From contig CAKSDR010000001.1 in the NCBI GenBank assembly GCA_934446095.1, forward strand, positions 4,893-68,892: DNA of 64,000 nt. The letters are read 5' to 3'. Within the stretch, counting starts at the first letter, position 1. Every line of letters begins with the position of its first letter. The translations under genes were made by a program, and so were the position numbers. Below, piece by piece: positions 10,850-19,065 of the stretch. The notes beneath the pieces were generated by a model, which did not search any database, was not told where the DNA came from, and saw only the letters and a program-made list of their open reading frames with translations. The stretch is from an uncultured Eubacteriales bacterium. Lineage in GTDB: Bacteria > Bacillota > Clostridia > Oscillospirales > CAG-382.

Positions 10850-11115
10850 TCTTTTATTTCCTCTTCGTCATAGGATTCTTCATCGCCGGCTATCCGGTTT
10901 TTGATTGTTTCCGGTTGTATTGCGGATAAAATTATATGTTCGCTGTCAGTGATAATAACGGCTCTTGTGCGTCTTCCGCATGTAACGTCAACCAGTCTTA
11001 AACTGTCCCTTGTATCCTGGACCATTCTTTTTACCGGCGCTGAATCGGGGCTTACGAGGGCAACGATTCTTTCGGCGCAGACCATGTTCCCAAAACCTAT
11101 ATTTATAAGTTTCAT
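10846..11115 (-). CDS. remA: RemA/YlzA (DUF370) family regulator
   Basis: [30 protein letters not shown] is the characteristic N-terminus. Has a 4-nt overlap with gmk. Confidence 0.85.
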   Translation of the reverse strand: MKLINIGFGNMVCAERIVALVSPDSAPVKRMVQDTRDSLRLVDVTCGRRTRAVIITDSEHIILSAIQPETIKNRIAGDEESYDEEEIKE

Positions 11116-11145
11116 TTTTATATCCTTTCGGTTAGCAAATAAGTT

Positions 11146-12045
11146 TTATTCGATATTTTGAATTTGTTCCCTTATTTTTTCAGTTTCGCTTTTTGCCTCG
11201 ACAACAAGTGCGGCAATACCGGCATCGAGAACTTTGGAACCTGTCGTATTAATCTCACGGTTGATTTCCTGAAGCAAAAAGTCAAGTTTTCTTCCGACAA
11301 GGTTAGGATCTTTCGGGTCGCCGCCCGATAAAATTTTTCTGAACTGAGAGAAATGACTTTCAAGACGGACCATTTCTTCGTCAACGGCAACTTTGTCCGC
11401 AAATATCGCCACTTCCGTAAGTATTCTTGATTCGTCTATCGGCAGATTGCCGATTGTTTCTTTTATTTTCTCCGTAAGGCGCGCTTTATATGACGATGTA
11501 ATCTCGGGCAGGTGTTCCTTTATTTTTTCGATTATACCTTCAAGAACAGAAAGTTTTGAAAGTACGTCTTGCTGAAGTTTTTCGCCTTCCGCACATTTCA
11601 TGGAATATAACTGCTCAAGCGCCTGTGTTATTACCGGCAAAAGAGGGTTCCATATTTTTTCGTCATCGTCTTCTTCGGGTTTTGTAATCATAAAAATATC
11701 TTTGTTCTGTGCAACTTTTGATACTGTTATATCGTCACGCAGCGAAAAATCGTCGCGCAGAGAGTAAAGGCAGTCGAGATAGTTTTTAAGATATGTTTTG
11801 TTCAAAGATATAAGATTTTCGTCAGAGTCCGTAAAATTATCGAAACTTATGTAAAAATCTATTTTTCCTCGCTTTGCGTATTCGGAAACAAGGCTTTTGA
11901 TTTTTTCTTCAAACCTCAGGTATACCCTCGGCATTTTGCAAGTGATGTCAAGGTATCTTGAGTTTACGGATTTAAGTTCTACGGTGACGGTTTTTCCCGA
12001 AATCGGAGCGGAGGCTCTTCCGTGACCTGTCATGCTAAGTATCAT
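11146..12045 (-). CDS. yicC: YicC-family stress-induced protein
   Basis: MTGHGRA start, YicC N-terminal and C-terminal (DUF1732-like) regions, and typical position upstream of remA-gmk. Confidence 0.85.
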   Translation of the reverse strand: MILSMTGHGRASAPISGKTVTVELKSVNSRYLDITCKMPRVYLRFEEKIKSLVSEYAKRGKIDFYISFDNFTDSDENLISLNKTYLKNYLDCLYSLRDDFSLRDDITVSKVAQNKDIFMITKPEEDDDEKIWNPLLPVITQALEQLYSMKCAEGEKLQQDVLSKLSVLEGIIEKIKEHLPEITSSYKARLTEKIKETIGNLPIDESRILTEVAIFADKVAVDEEMVRLESHFSQFRKILSGGDPKDPNLVGRKLDFLLQEINREINTTGSKVLDAGIAALVVEAKSETEKIREQIQNIE

Positions 12046-12145
12046 AATTTATTTAAAACCCTTCTCAATTATATAAGGTTTATTTTATACCGTGCAGGGC
12101 ACGAGTATTTTTTTATAGTATAATTTACACATTATACTATAATAC

Positions 12146-12174
12146 AGTATAAATCATAGAGGCTTTTTTGTCAA
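12146..12174 (-). promoter_or_regulatory. Candidate sigma-A promoter for the yicC...prkC block
   Basis: On the minus strand: TTGACA, 17-nt spacer, TATACT. Confidence 0.45.
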
Positions 12175-12184
12175 TAAACAAAGG

Positions 12185-12724
12185 TTAATTTTTCCTGTCT
12201 GAAGGTAATATTTTCCGAAATTTTGCGTTATACACGAGAATAATTCTCGAAAGGGCGATGTCGTATGCAATAAAAAAGATGTTTGCAAAAATTATTATGA
12301 CCGCAGTGTAAATCCCGGAAAGTTCTCCGAATCCCTGCACGGACAAAAAGTGAATAGAAATGTATATAATAAGAGCCATCGCCGCGTCAAAAGATAAAAA
12401 CTTGAGTATTGTACATGGTATTTTCGGAATTTTGCTTTCAAGAAACCTCTTTAATATCGGATAGTACCCTATAAATGCCGCGAAATATATAACCGATGTG
12501 CGAAACGGCATAAATATAAAGGATAGCACGCAGCTGATAAAGTATATTGAAAAAGCCGCTGCATACCCGAACCGATACAGCCCTATAATTACTGCGAAAG
12601 ACGCGATGGCACATGATGTAAGGTCAAGTATGTCAATTATTCCTCCGATAATAAGAAGTACCGTGCAGAGTCCTGAGAGAAGAGCGCATGCGGCGAGCAT
12701 GCTTATGTTTGTCTTTTTTTTCAT
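12185..12724 (-). CDS. Polytopic membrane protein, family not recognised
   Basis: 179-aa ORF with about 5 hydrophobic segments. No motif I can name. Confidence 0.5.
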   Translation of the reverse strand: MKKKTNISMLAACALLSGLCTVLLIIGGIIDILDLTSCAIASFAVIIGLYRFGYAAAFSIYFISCVLSFIFMPFRTSVIYFAAFIGYYPILKRFLESKIPKIPCTILKFLSFDAAMALIIYISIHFLSVQGFGELSGIYTAVIIIFANIFFIAYDIALSRIILVYNAKFRKILPSDRKN

Positions 12725-12939
12725 AAAATATATTCCTTTTTTTGTTTTTGTATGTTATAATAGCGGCAGTAAGTTTTGCAAAGCAAAACTTTGCGCGTCC
12801 GCAGGACGCTTTCCGCGGAGCACGGTTAAAAATGTGCCGGCCGACGCTTTGCTTTTGCGCAATAACATCACTTAATAAATTATACGATAAAAAAGCGCGA
12901 TTTTCAATAAATTGCCGAAGATTTTCGGAAAGGGCTTTT

Positions 12940-13374
12940 ATGATCATGAAAAAAACTTTCGGTTTTAAAAAAATTTTATACGGAACGTGTACTTTGTATG
13001 CGGCAATTTCGGTTTTTATGTGTCTTATTCAGAAATTTTTCGGCGGCAGTCTTGACGCTGTCAGAATTTCATTTTTGTATTCGACATTACTTTTTTCTTT
13101 TCTTGTCTGCCTGTCGAACGGAATATTGTCATACTTTAAAATAAATAAAATACTCTTGCGTGCAGCACATTTTATCTGCTCGTGCATATTCCTGTTTTTG
13201 TCGTATTTTGCGGTTTTGCGCAAAAATGAAGAGATAAAGCAATATATACTTGCGCTTATGTTGTTTACGGTGGTGTATGCGCTGTTTTTTGCTATAAGTG
13301 CGGCGGCAGAAAAAATTAAAAATAAAAAAAGCACGCATTATGAAGAAATATATAAGGATACGGAACAAAAATAA
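12940..13374 (+). CDS. Small polytopic membrane protein, family not recognised
   Basis: Start moved to ATG 12940 (MIMKKTFGF..). The upstream part of track ORF 12742 reads as a non-protein-like GC-rich leader. About 4 TM segments. Confidence 0.5.
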   Translation: MIMKKTFGFKKILYGTCTLYAAISVFMCLIQKFFGGSLDAVRISFLYSTLLFSFLVCLSNGILSYFKINKILLRAAHFICSCIFLFLSYFAVLRKNEEIKQYILALMLFTVVYALFFAISAAAEKIKNKKSTHYEEIYKDTEQK

Positions 13375-13376
13375 TT

Positions 13377-14516
13377 ATGAAAGATATAAATTTTGTTGCG
13401 ACATGTCTTTTCGGACTTGAAAAGTTTGTCGGCGAAGAGATAGACGCACTTGGGTATGAAAGAAGACAGACGATCGACGGAAGAGTATATTTCAAGGGTC
13501 CTCCGGAGGCTGTCGCAAGATGCAATATGTGGCTCAGAACCGCAGAGAGGGTATATATAGAACTTTCATCTTTCAATGCGGAAAGTTTTACGGAACTTTT
13601 TGACGGAGTGAAAAATATACCGTGGGAAAAATTTATCGGAAAAGACGATATGTTTCCGGTTAAAGGCCATTCCGTAAAGTCGGTGCTCCATAGTATTCCC
13701 GATTGCCAGAGCATTATTAAAAAAGCCATAGTTGAACGGCTGAAACAAAGTTATGGAATCGAATGGTTTCCGGAAACCGGAATAAAATATCAGATAGATT
13801 TTTTTATTTTCTGCAACAAAGTTTCAATTATGATGGACACAAGCGGGGAGCCTCTTTATAAAAGGGGATACCGCACAAAGACAAATATTGCGCCGATAAG
13901 GGAAACGCTTGCGTGCGCCATGGTTAAATTGTCAAGGCCCAGAGAAAATGTAATTTTATGGGATCCTTTCTGCGGTTCCGGTACAATTGCAATTGAGGCG
14001 GCGCTTCTTATGACAAATTCCGCACCGGGCAGAAACAGGGCTTTTGCCGCGGAAAAGTATGCATGGATTCCGAAAAAATACTTTGAAAATGCAAGAGAAG
14101 AAGCAAGAGCGTCGTTCAATTCCGATACAAAATTCAGGGCAATAGCAACCGATATTGACGGAGAAAGCGTTGAGATTGCAAGAGATAACATAAGGCGCGC
14201 AGGTATGTGGGATTATATAGACTGCTTTAAAAAAGACGCTTTGACAATCCGCCGCGATGACAGGAGGACAACTATTGTGTGCAATCCGCCGTACGGCGAA
14301 AGAATGGATACGAAGACTGCCGCACATGAATTGTACCGCAAGATGGGCCGTACTTTTTCGAAACTTTCTCCGTGGCAGATATACATAATAACAAGCGACG
14401 AAGAATTCGAAAGCCTGTATGGAATGAAAGCCGATAAGGCAAGAAAACTTTATAACGGCATGATAAAATGTAATTTGTATCAGTATTTTAAAAATAAAGA
14501 ACCGCGTCGTACCTGA
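13377..14516 (+). CDS. THUMP-domain class I SAM-dependent RNA methyltransferase (RlmL/YpsC-like)
   Basis: N-terminal THUMP-like region, SAM motif DPFCGSGT and catalytic NPPYGER. Confidence 0.85.
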   Translation: MKDINFVATCLFGLEKFVGEEIDALGYERRQTIDGRVYFKGPPEAVARCNMWLRTAERVYIELSSFNAESFTELFDGVKNIPWEKFIGKDDMFPVKGHSVKSVLHSIPDCQSIIKKAIVERLKQSYGIEWFPETGIKYQIDFFIFCNKVSIMMDTSGEPLYKRGYRTKTNIAPIRETLACAMVKLSRPRENVILWDPFCGSGTIAIEAALLMTNSAPGRNRAFAAEKYAWIPKKYFENAREEARASFNSDTKFRAIATDIDGESVEIARDNIRRAGMWDYIDCFKKDALTIRRDDRRTTIVCNPPYGERMDTKTAAHELYRKMGRTFSKLSPWQIYIITSDEEFESLYGMKADKARKLYNGMIKCNLYQYFKNKEPRRT

Positions 14517-14535
14517 CGCGGTTCTTTATTTGCCG
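14496..14535. terminator. Bidirectional intrinsic terminator between convergent genes
   Basis: Perfect stem aaagaaccgcgtc / gacgcggttcttt around a 6-nt loop, flanked by A-run and T-run. Overlaps the methyltransferase stop codon. Confidence 0.7.
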
Positions 14536-14553
14536 CATAAAATCTTTGCAGCT

Positions 14554-15132
14554 TTATTTATTATTGTCCGCATAAACAAACGAATGTGTCTGCGGAAGTT
14601 TCAGCAGTATTGAAAGTGCAAGCAAGGTAAGTATAAGTTCGGGAAGAATGAACGAACCGTTGTAGCATATGGAATATATAAACGGGCTTTGCCAACCTTC
14701 CGGACACCATATGTCAAAGAAGATCGTGCCTGAGATGACATGTGAAACGAATCTTAAAAACAGGGCGAGAGTCGTGCCGGCAATAATTCCGGCCGTGCCT
14801 TTTTTTCTGAAAATTCCGGCAATTCCGAGGACGGTAAACGCAATAAGGTAATCGAATATTATGGCGCCTATCCAGATTCTTACCGTCAACCCCCAACTCA
14901 TGAGAGAGGGAATGTCAAGACAAAGCTGCAGCACCGAATATGCAAAAGAAGAAAACAGGCCGGTTTTTAAACCGTGGCGAAAAGATATCATGCATATGGG
15001 GAGCATGCTTAAAAGAGTTACGGCTCCGCCCAGAGGAAGCGTGTAAAGTTTGATGAGCGACAGCACTGTTGCAAGCGCTATCATAATCGAACATTCGACT
15101 AAAGTTTTTGTTTTTGAGTTTTTCATTTGCAA
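14554..15132 (-). CDS. thiT: Thiamine ECF transporter S component ThiT
   Basis: 192 aa, colinear in my recollection with B. subtilis ThiT/YuaJ (GG.V..P...SFR.G.K.GL, DY..AF..LG..G, HVISG..FF, YN.S). Preceded by a TPP riboswitch. Confidence 0.85.
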   Translation of the reverse strand: MQMKNSKTKTLVECSIMIALATVLSLIKLYTLPLGGAVTLLSMLPICMISFRHGLKTGLFSSFAYSVLQLCLDIPSLMSWGLTVRIWIGAIIFDYLIAFTVLGIAGIFRKKGTAGIIAGTTLALFLRFVSHVISGTIFFDIWCPEGWQSPFIYSICYNGSFILPELILTLLALSILLKLPQTHSFVYADNNK

Positions 15133-15174
15133 AATCTCCTTGATTTTAATATAACTAAAAACGGAGGCGCGCTT

Positions 15175-15213
15175 TTTGTAAAAACAATCCCTGCCGGAAA
15201 AACACGGCAGGGA
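15175..15213 (-). terminator. Expression-platform terminator of the TPP riboswitch
   Basis: Minus strand reads ccctgccg-tgttttt-ccggcaggg followed by attgttttt, between the aptamer and the thiT RBS. Confidence 0.6.
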
Positions 15214-15234
15214 AAAACAGGAGCATTATGTTAT

Positions 15235-15335
15235 ATCTTCCTTCGCCGGCATTATCCGTACAGGTTAAAAGGGTTCGGATTGCTCCGTCTCAGCAAGTAT
15301 AAAGGTCTGCTTTATACTTTTACGCACCCCCGATA
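15235..15335 (-). promoter_or_regulatory. TPP (THI-box) riboswitch aptamer
   Basis: Minus strand reads gggggtgcg...gctgagacggagcaatccgaacccttttaacctgtacggataatgccggcgaaggaag. This matches the conserved CUGAGA and ACCUGAUCUGGAUAAUGCCAGCG cores. Sits upstream of thiT. Confidence 0.85.
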
Positions 15336-15347
15336 TTTGGTTGTGAA

Positions 15348-16244
15348 TTAAAAAATAAAATTTTTTATGTAATTTATCGTAAATTTTAAACCTTCTTTGC
15401 CGAGTCTTGAGTCTTTCTTCCAGACAGCCGAGTGAGGTTCTATCGAAAGATCGCCGTTATATCCGGCGGAATACAGTGCTGCAAATACGCTCGGCCATGC
15501 TATTTCATCAAGACCTGCAGGAGGATCCGCAATGGGCTTTCCGACTCTTGGGCTTATAATTCCCGCATATCCTTTTTTGCAAAGTAAAGATGACATTCCG
15601 GCCCAGTCTGCACCGTGCAGTCCTGTCGGCGGACTCAGAAACGGAGATGACAGCCGTGTTTTGACAGTACCCTTTATATGTACATGCGCGATTCTTTCTC
15701 CGAATTCCGCAATTTCCGCAATATAATCGCAATCTCTGTTGAGAGCATGCGAGCAATCGTATTTAAGCATAAGTTCAGGAAGTTCGCCTAGAATAACTCT
15801 CCACTGCTCCGGAGATATAACAAAATTCTGCCAGTCGCAATTCTGGACGGCAATTTTTATTTTTCCGTCTGCACGGCGTATAAGTTCCGAAAAGAATTTT
15901 ATGGCAGCCGTGTAGTTTTTGTAAAGGCTTATGCTATCGTCGCGGTTGATTCCGCAGACAAAAGTCTTGGCGCCGAGAGTTATTGCCGTGTCAAGAAGCG
16001 AATAATATATACAAAGTTCATGACTGTCAAGGACTCCCGCATTGTTGACACTGTGCGACCATCTTCCGACAGATGAAATATCAAGCGGAAAAATTTCGAG
16101 AAGTTTTTTCACTTCTTTTTGCGCAGAAACAAAACTTTTTGATTCTTCTGCGCTGTTGCAGCATATTTCAACAAAATCAAGTCCGAGATCTTTTACATAT
16201 CCGAATTCTTCCCGGGTGTATCCCGCGATCATTCCCAGACGCAT
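15348..16244 (-). CDS. Sugar phosphate isomerase/epimerase (xylose isomerase-like TIM barrel)
   Basis: AP-endonuclease-2/xylose-isomerase-like pattern (..HVHIKG.., ..SIEPHS..). Start set to ATG 16244, which follows GGAG with a 9-nt spacer. The track TTG at 16268 is the alternative. Confidence 0.75.
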   Translation of the reverse strand: MRLGMIAGYTREEFGYVKDLGLDFVEICCNSAEESKSFVSAQKEVKKLLEIFPLDISSVGRWSHSVNNAGVLDSHELCIYYSLLDTAITLGAKTFVCGINRDDSISLYKNYTAAIKFFSELIRRADGKIKIAVQNCDWQNFVISPEQWRVILGELPELMLKYDCSHALNRDCDYIAEIAEFGERIAHVHIKGTVKTRLSSPFLSPPTGLHGADWAGMSSLLCKKGYAGIISPRVGKPIADPPAGLDEIAWPSVFAALYSAGYNGDLSIEPHSAVWKKDSRLGKEGLKFTINYIKNFIF

Positions 16245-16270
16245 TTTTTCTTTCTCCAGTTTATGCAAAG

Positions 16271-16960
16271 TTATTGCTGAATAAGTTCAAATTTATATCC
16301 GACGCCCCATACGGTCTTAAGCGTCCATTTGTCGGAAACTCCTTCGAGTTTTTCACGAAGGCGTTTTACGTGAACGTCAACGGTCCGCGAATCCCCGAGA
16401 TAATCAAATCCCCATACTTTGTCCAAAAGCTGATCGCGCGTAAATACTCTGTTGTAGTTTGACGCAAGAAAATATAAAAGTTCAAGTTCCTTGGGCGGGA
16501 TATCAACGGCTTTTCCGCAAAGTTTAAGTTCGTATTTCTGAAGGCTTATTTCAAGGTTGTCGAATTTTATAACTTCCGAGTCGTCGTTTTCGTGTCCGCT
16601 GCATCTGCGCAGAACCGCTTTTACCCTTGCGGAAACTTCTTTCATGTCAAAAGGCTTTGTAATAAAATCATCCGCGCCGAGTTCAAGTCCCAGAACTTTA
16701 TCGAAAACTTCGCTCTTTGCCGTGATCATAATTATGGGTTTCGACGAGATTTCGCGTATTTCCCGGCATACCTGCCAGCCGTCTTTCCCGGGCATCATTA
16801 TATCAAGGAGAACAAGATCGGGTTCATAGATTTTAAATGCCGAAACGGTTTTGATACCGTTGTTTGCCGTGACGATTTCGTACCCTTCGTTTTCAAGATA
16901 GAGTTTTAAAAGATCACATATGTTTGTGTCATCGTCGGCGATAAGTATTTTTAATCCCAT
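16271..16960 (-). CDS. OmpR/PhoB-family response regulator (no adjacent histidine kinase)
   Basis: Receiver domain (ILIADDD, LLDIMMPGKDG, ITAKSE) plus winged-helix output (RTVDVHVKRLREKL, VWGVGYKF). Start set to ATG 16960, which follows GGAGGAGGGG. Confidence 0.9.
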   Translation of the reverse strand: MGLKILIADDDTNICDLLKLYLENEGYEIVTANNGIKTVSAFKIYEPDLVLLDIMMPGKDGWQVCREIREISSKPIIMITAKSEVFDKVLGLELGADDFITKPFDMKEVSARVKAVLRRCSGHENDDSEVIKFDNLEISLQKYELKLCGKAVDIPPKELELLYFLASNYNRVFTRDQLLDKVWGFDYLGDSRTVDVHVKRLREKLEGVSDKWTLKTVWGVGYKFELIQQ

Positions 16961-17181
16961 AGGTAACCCCTCCTCCGGAAGTTTTCCGATATAGATTTTT
17001 AAAATCAATTACATAAAAATTTGAATTAAATGTAAATATTTTTTAAAAAAATATATTACTTTACCTGATGATTATAACTTAAATTTCGACGCAATACATG
17101 AACTTTTAATTAACAAATTATGTATATTATGTTACTTTATTAACAGTTTTATAAAAAATAGAGCAAAAAGTTCAAACTTTG

Positions 17182-17796
17182 TTATTTTAAACTTCCAAAA
17201 GTTTTTTTAATTTGTTCACTTTCTCGGTTCATTTTTTCAAAAATTTCAAGGCAATTCGCAGTATTTTTTTGCGTTATGCCGTCAACCGCAAAATTTATCA
17301 TAGGCATAATTGTCGGCAAAAGTTCGGATATAAAATCCCTGTCCGCTCTTATATTCAGCACAAGGCAGCCGCAGCAAATGCCGGAGGTGCCTTTTGTGGG
17401 CATATATTTTTTCGGAGTTTTTTTGTGCAGAAAAGAAGATGAATAATTTGAAATGTTTGAATTTCCGCATAGATGCGACGTAAAAAATTCAGTTTTTTCC
17501 TCGCATAATTTTTCGGTTATTTCCGGAATCCTGTCGTTTTTATCAAACCCATCTGAGCCTATTGTTACGACGACATCGGAGCAGAAACACAGATGGTACA
17601 GTTTTTCGGTGCATAGTTTCATGCTGTCTTTTGAAGACGCATTTGTGATACATGTGTGATATCCTCCAAGAAGATATCCGCTTTCTTTGAAAATTTTTGT
17701 TACGCTGCCGGAGCAGAAAACCGAATGCGAAAGTTCCTCGGAGTTTTTTCCGCAGCATAATATTCCTATTTTAGGCATATCCGTCATTTTACTCAT
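17182..17796 (-). CDS. Cysteine-rich hypothetical protein, possibly a degenerate MogA/MoaB-like fold
   Basis: 204-aa ORF with 13 Cys by my count. KIGIL...VVVTIGSDGFDKNDRIPEIT loosely resembles the MoCF-biosynthesis TTGGTG..RD.TPEA segment. The assignment is weak. Confidence 0.45.
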   Translation of the reverse strand: MSKMTDMPKIGILCCGKNSEELSHSVFCSGSVTKIFKESGYLLGGYHTCITNASSKDSMKLCTEKLYHLCFCSDVVVTIGSDGFDKNDRIPEITEKLCEEKTEFFTSHLCGNSNISNYSSSFLHKKTPKKYMPTKGTSGICCGCLVLNIRADRDFISELLPTIMPMINFAVDGITQKNTANCLEIFEKMNRESEQIKKTFGSLK

Positions 17797-18015
17797 CCCT
17801 TCTTAAATCTGTTTATTTAATATAATTTGTTTTTCTAAGTCAGATTATATTGCCGCCGGAATAAACATTTCAAGAAAAACCGTTATGCAATAATCATGCA
17901 AAACCTATCTTTTTCGCAGAAATTTTTTTGCGCGTATACTGATTTTGAATCATCAAATGCAATAATTTGGAAATAAAAATCGCACTTTTAAATAAAATGT
18001 ATTACGATTTTTGTC

Positions 18016-18044
18016 TTGACATAAAATCTCAAATTATGTATCAT
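18016..18044 (+). promoter_or_regulatory. Candidate sigma-A promoter for ribF
   Basis: TTGACA, 17-nt spacer, TATCAT. A second TATAAT lies at 18050-18055. Confidence 0.4.
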
Positions 18045-18108
18045 ATTAGTATAATAGAAGACAGCGGAATAATTTTTCACGAAATACAGGGGAATATGAA
18101 AATATATT

Positions 18109-19065
18109 ATGAAAATAATTTATAAAGGCGACAGAACCGATTTTTTAAAAGAAAAAGGCACCGCTTTGGCGCTCGGAAATTTTGACGGCGTTCATACGGG
18201 CCATAAAAGACTGCTTTGCGCGACCTCTGAGATCGCTCGTGAAAACGGACTTGTTTCGTGTGTGTATACTTTTTTGAAGCACCCGAGAACATATACCGAA
18301 GATAATACCACAAGTCTTATCACGAACAACAGTGAAAAGGAAAAAATAATATCTTCGCTCGGCCTTGACGCCATATATTATGAAAATTTTCCCGACGTGA
18401 AAGACTATGACGCGCAGAAATTTTGCAGCAGGATACTTAAGGACACTCTTAACTGCAAAATTGTTATCTGCGGAGAAAATTTCAGATTTGCAAAAGACAG
18501 AAGCGCCGGAAGCGGCGTTTTGAAAACCGAAGCTGAAAAACTCGGAATGAACTGCATAGTTATTCCGTATATGGACGATGATAATGAAAAACTGAATTCC
18601 ACAAGAATCCGCAAACTTATCCGCGCGGGGGATATACAAAAGGCGAACGAACTTTTGGGACACACGTTTTCTATATATTATCCCGTGATTCATGGGAGGC
18701 ATCTCGGAACCCAGATAGGCGTTCCGACAATAAATCAGACTTTTGAAGAAGAAAAACTCAAGCCTAAAAACGGAGTTTACGCATGTATATGCCATATTGA
18801 CGGAAAAGAATATATGTCAGTGTCAAACGTCGGCGTAAAGCCTACCGTAACATATAACGAAAAAAATCCGCCCGTTCTTTGCGAAACGCATATAATAGGC
18901 TACAGCGGAAATCTGTACGGCAAAAGCATAAAAGTGGATTTTTATAAAAAACTCCGCGACGAAAAACGGTTTTCATCGCTTGATGAACTCGTATCGGAAG
19001 TTAAGAAAAATATAGAAGAAACAGAACTTTATTTTTCACGGGAGAAAAAAATTGAAAAAGAATAA
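18109..19065 (+). CDS. ribF: Bifunctional riboflavin kinase / FAD synthetase
   Basis: GNFDGVHTGH nucleotidyltransferase motif and a C-terminal riboflavin kinase region (GRHLGTQIGVPTIN). Confidence 0.95.
   Translation: MKIIYKGDRTDFLKEKGTALALGNFDGVHTGHKRLLCATSEIARENGLVSCVYTFLKHPRTYTEDNTTSLITNNSEKEKIISSLGLDAIYYENFPDVKDYDAQKFCSRILKDTLNCKIVICGENFRFAKDRSAGSGVLKTEAEKLGMNCIVIPYMDDDNEKLNSTRIRKLIRAGDIQKANELLGHTFSIYYPVIHGRHLGTQIGVPTINQTFEEEKLKPKNGVYACICHIDGKEYMSVSNVGVKPTVTYNEKNPPVLCETHIIGYSGNLYGKSIKVDFYKKLRDEKRFSSLDELVSEVKKNIEETELYFSREKKIEKE

Noticed and set aside
18145-18795. 216-aa ORF antisense to ribF. Similar long antisense ORFs occur at 7900-8439, 13316-13729, 19100-19651, 24046-24657, 44348-44797, 47157-47624, 47978-48565, 50614-51126, 51882-52349, 54537-54950 and 56490-57026.
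   Set aside because: Each lies wholly inside a confidently identified gene on the opposite strand. The translations are low-complexity or Cys/Arg/Phe-rich with no recognisable motifs. They are typical shadow ORFs.
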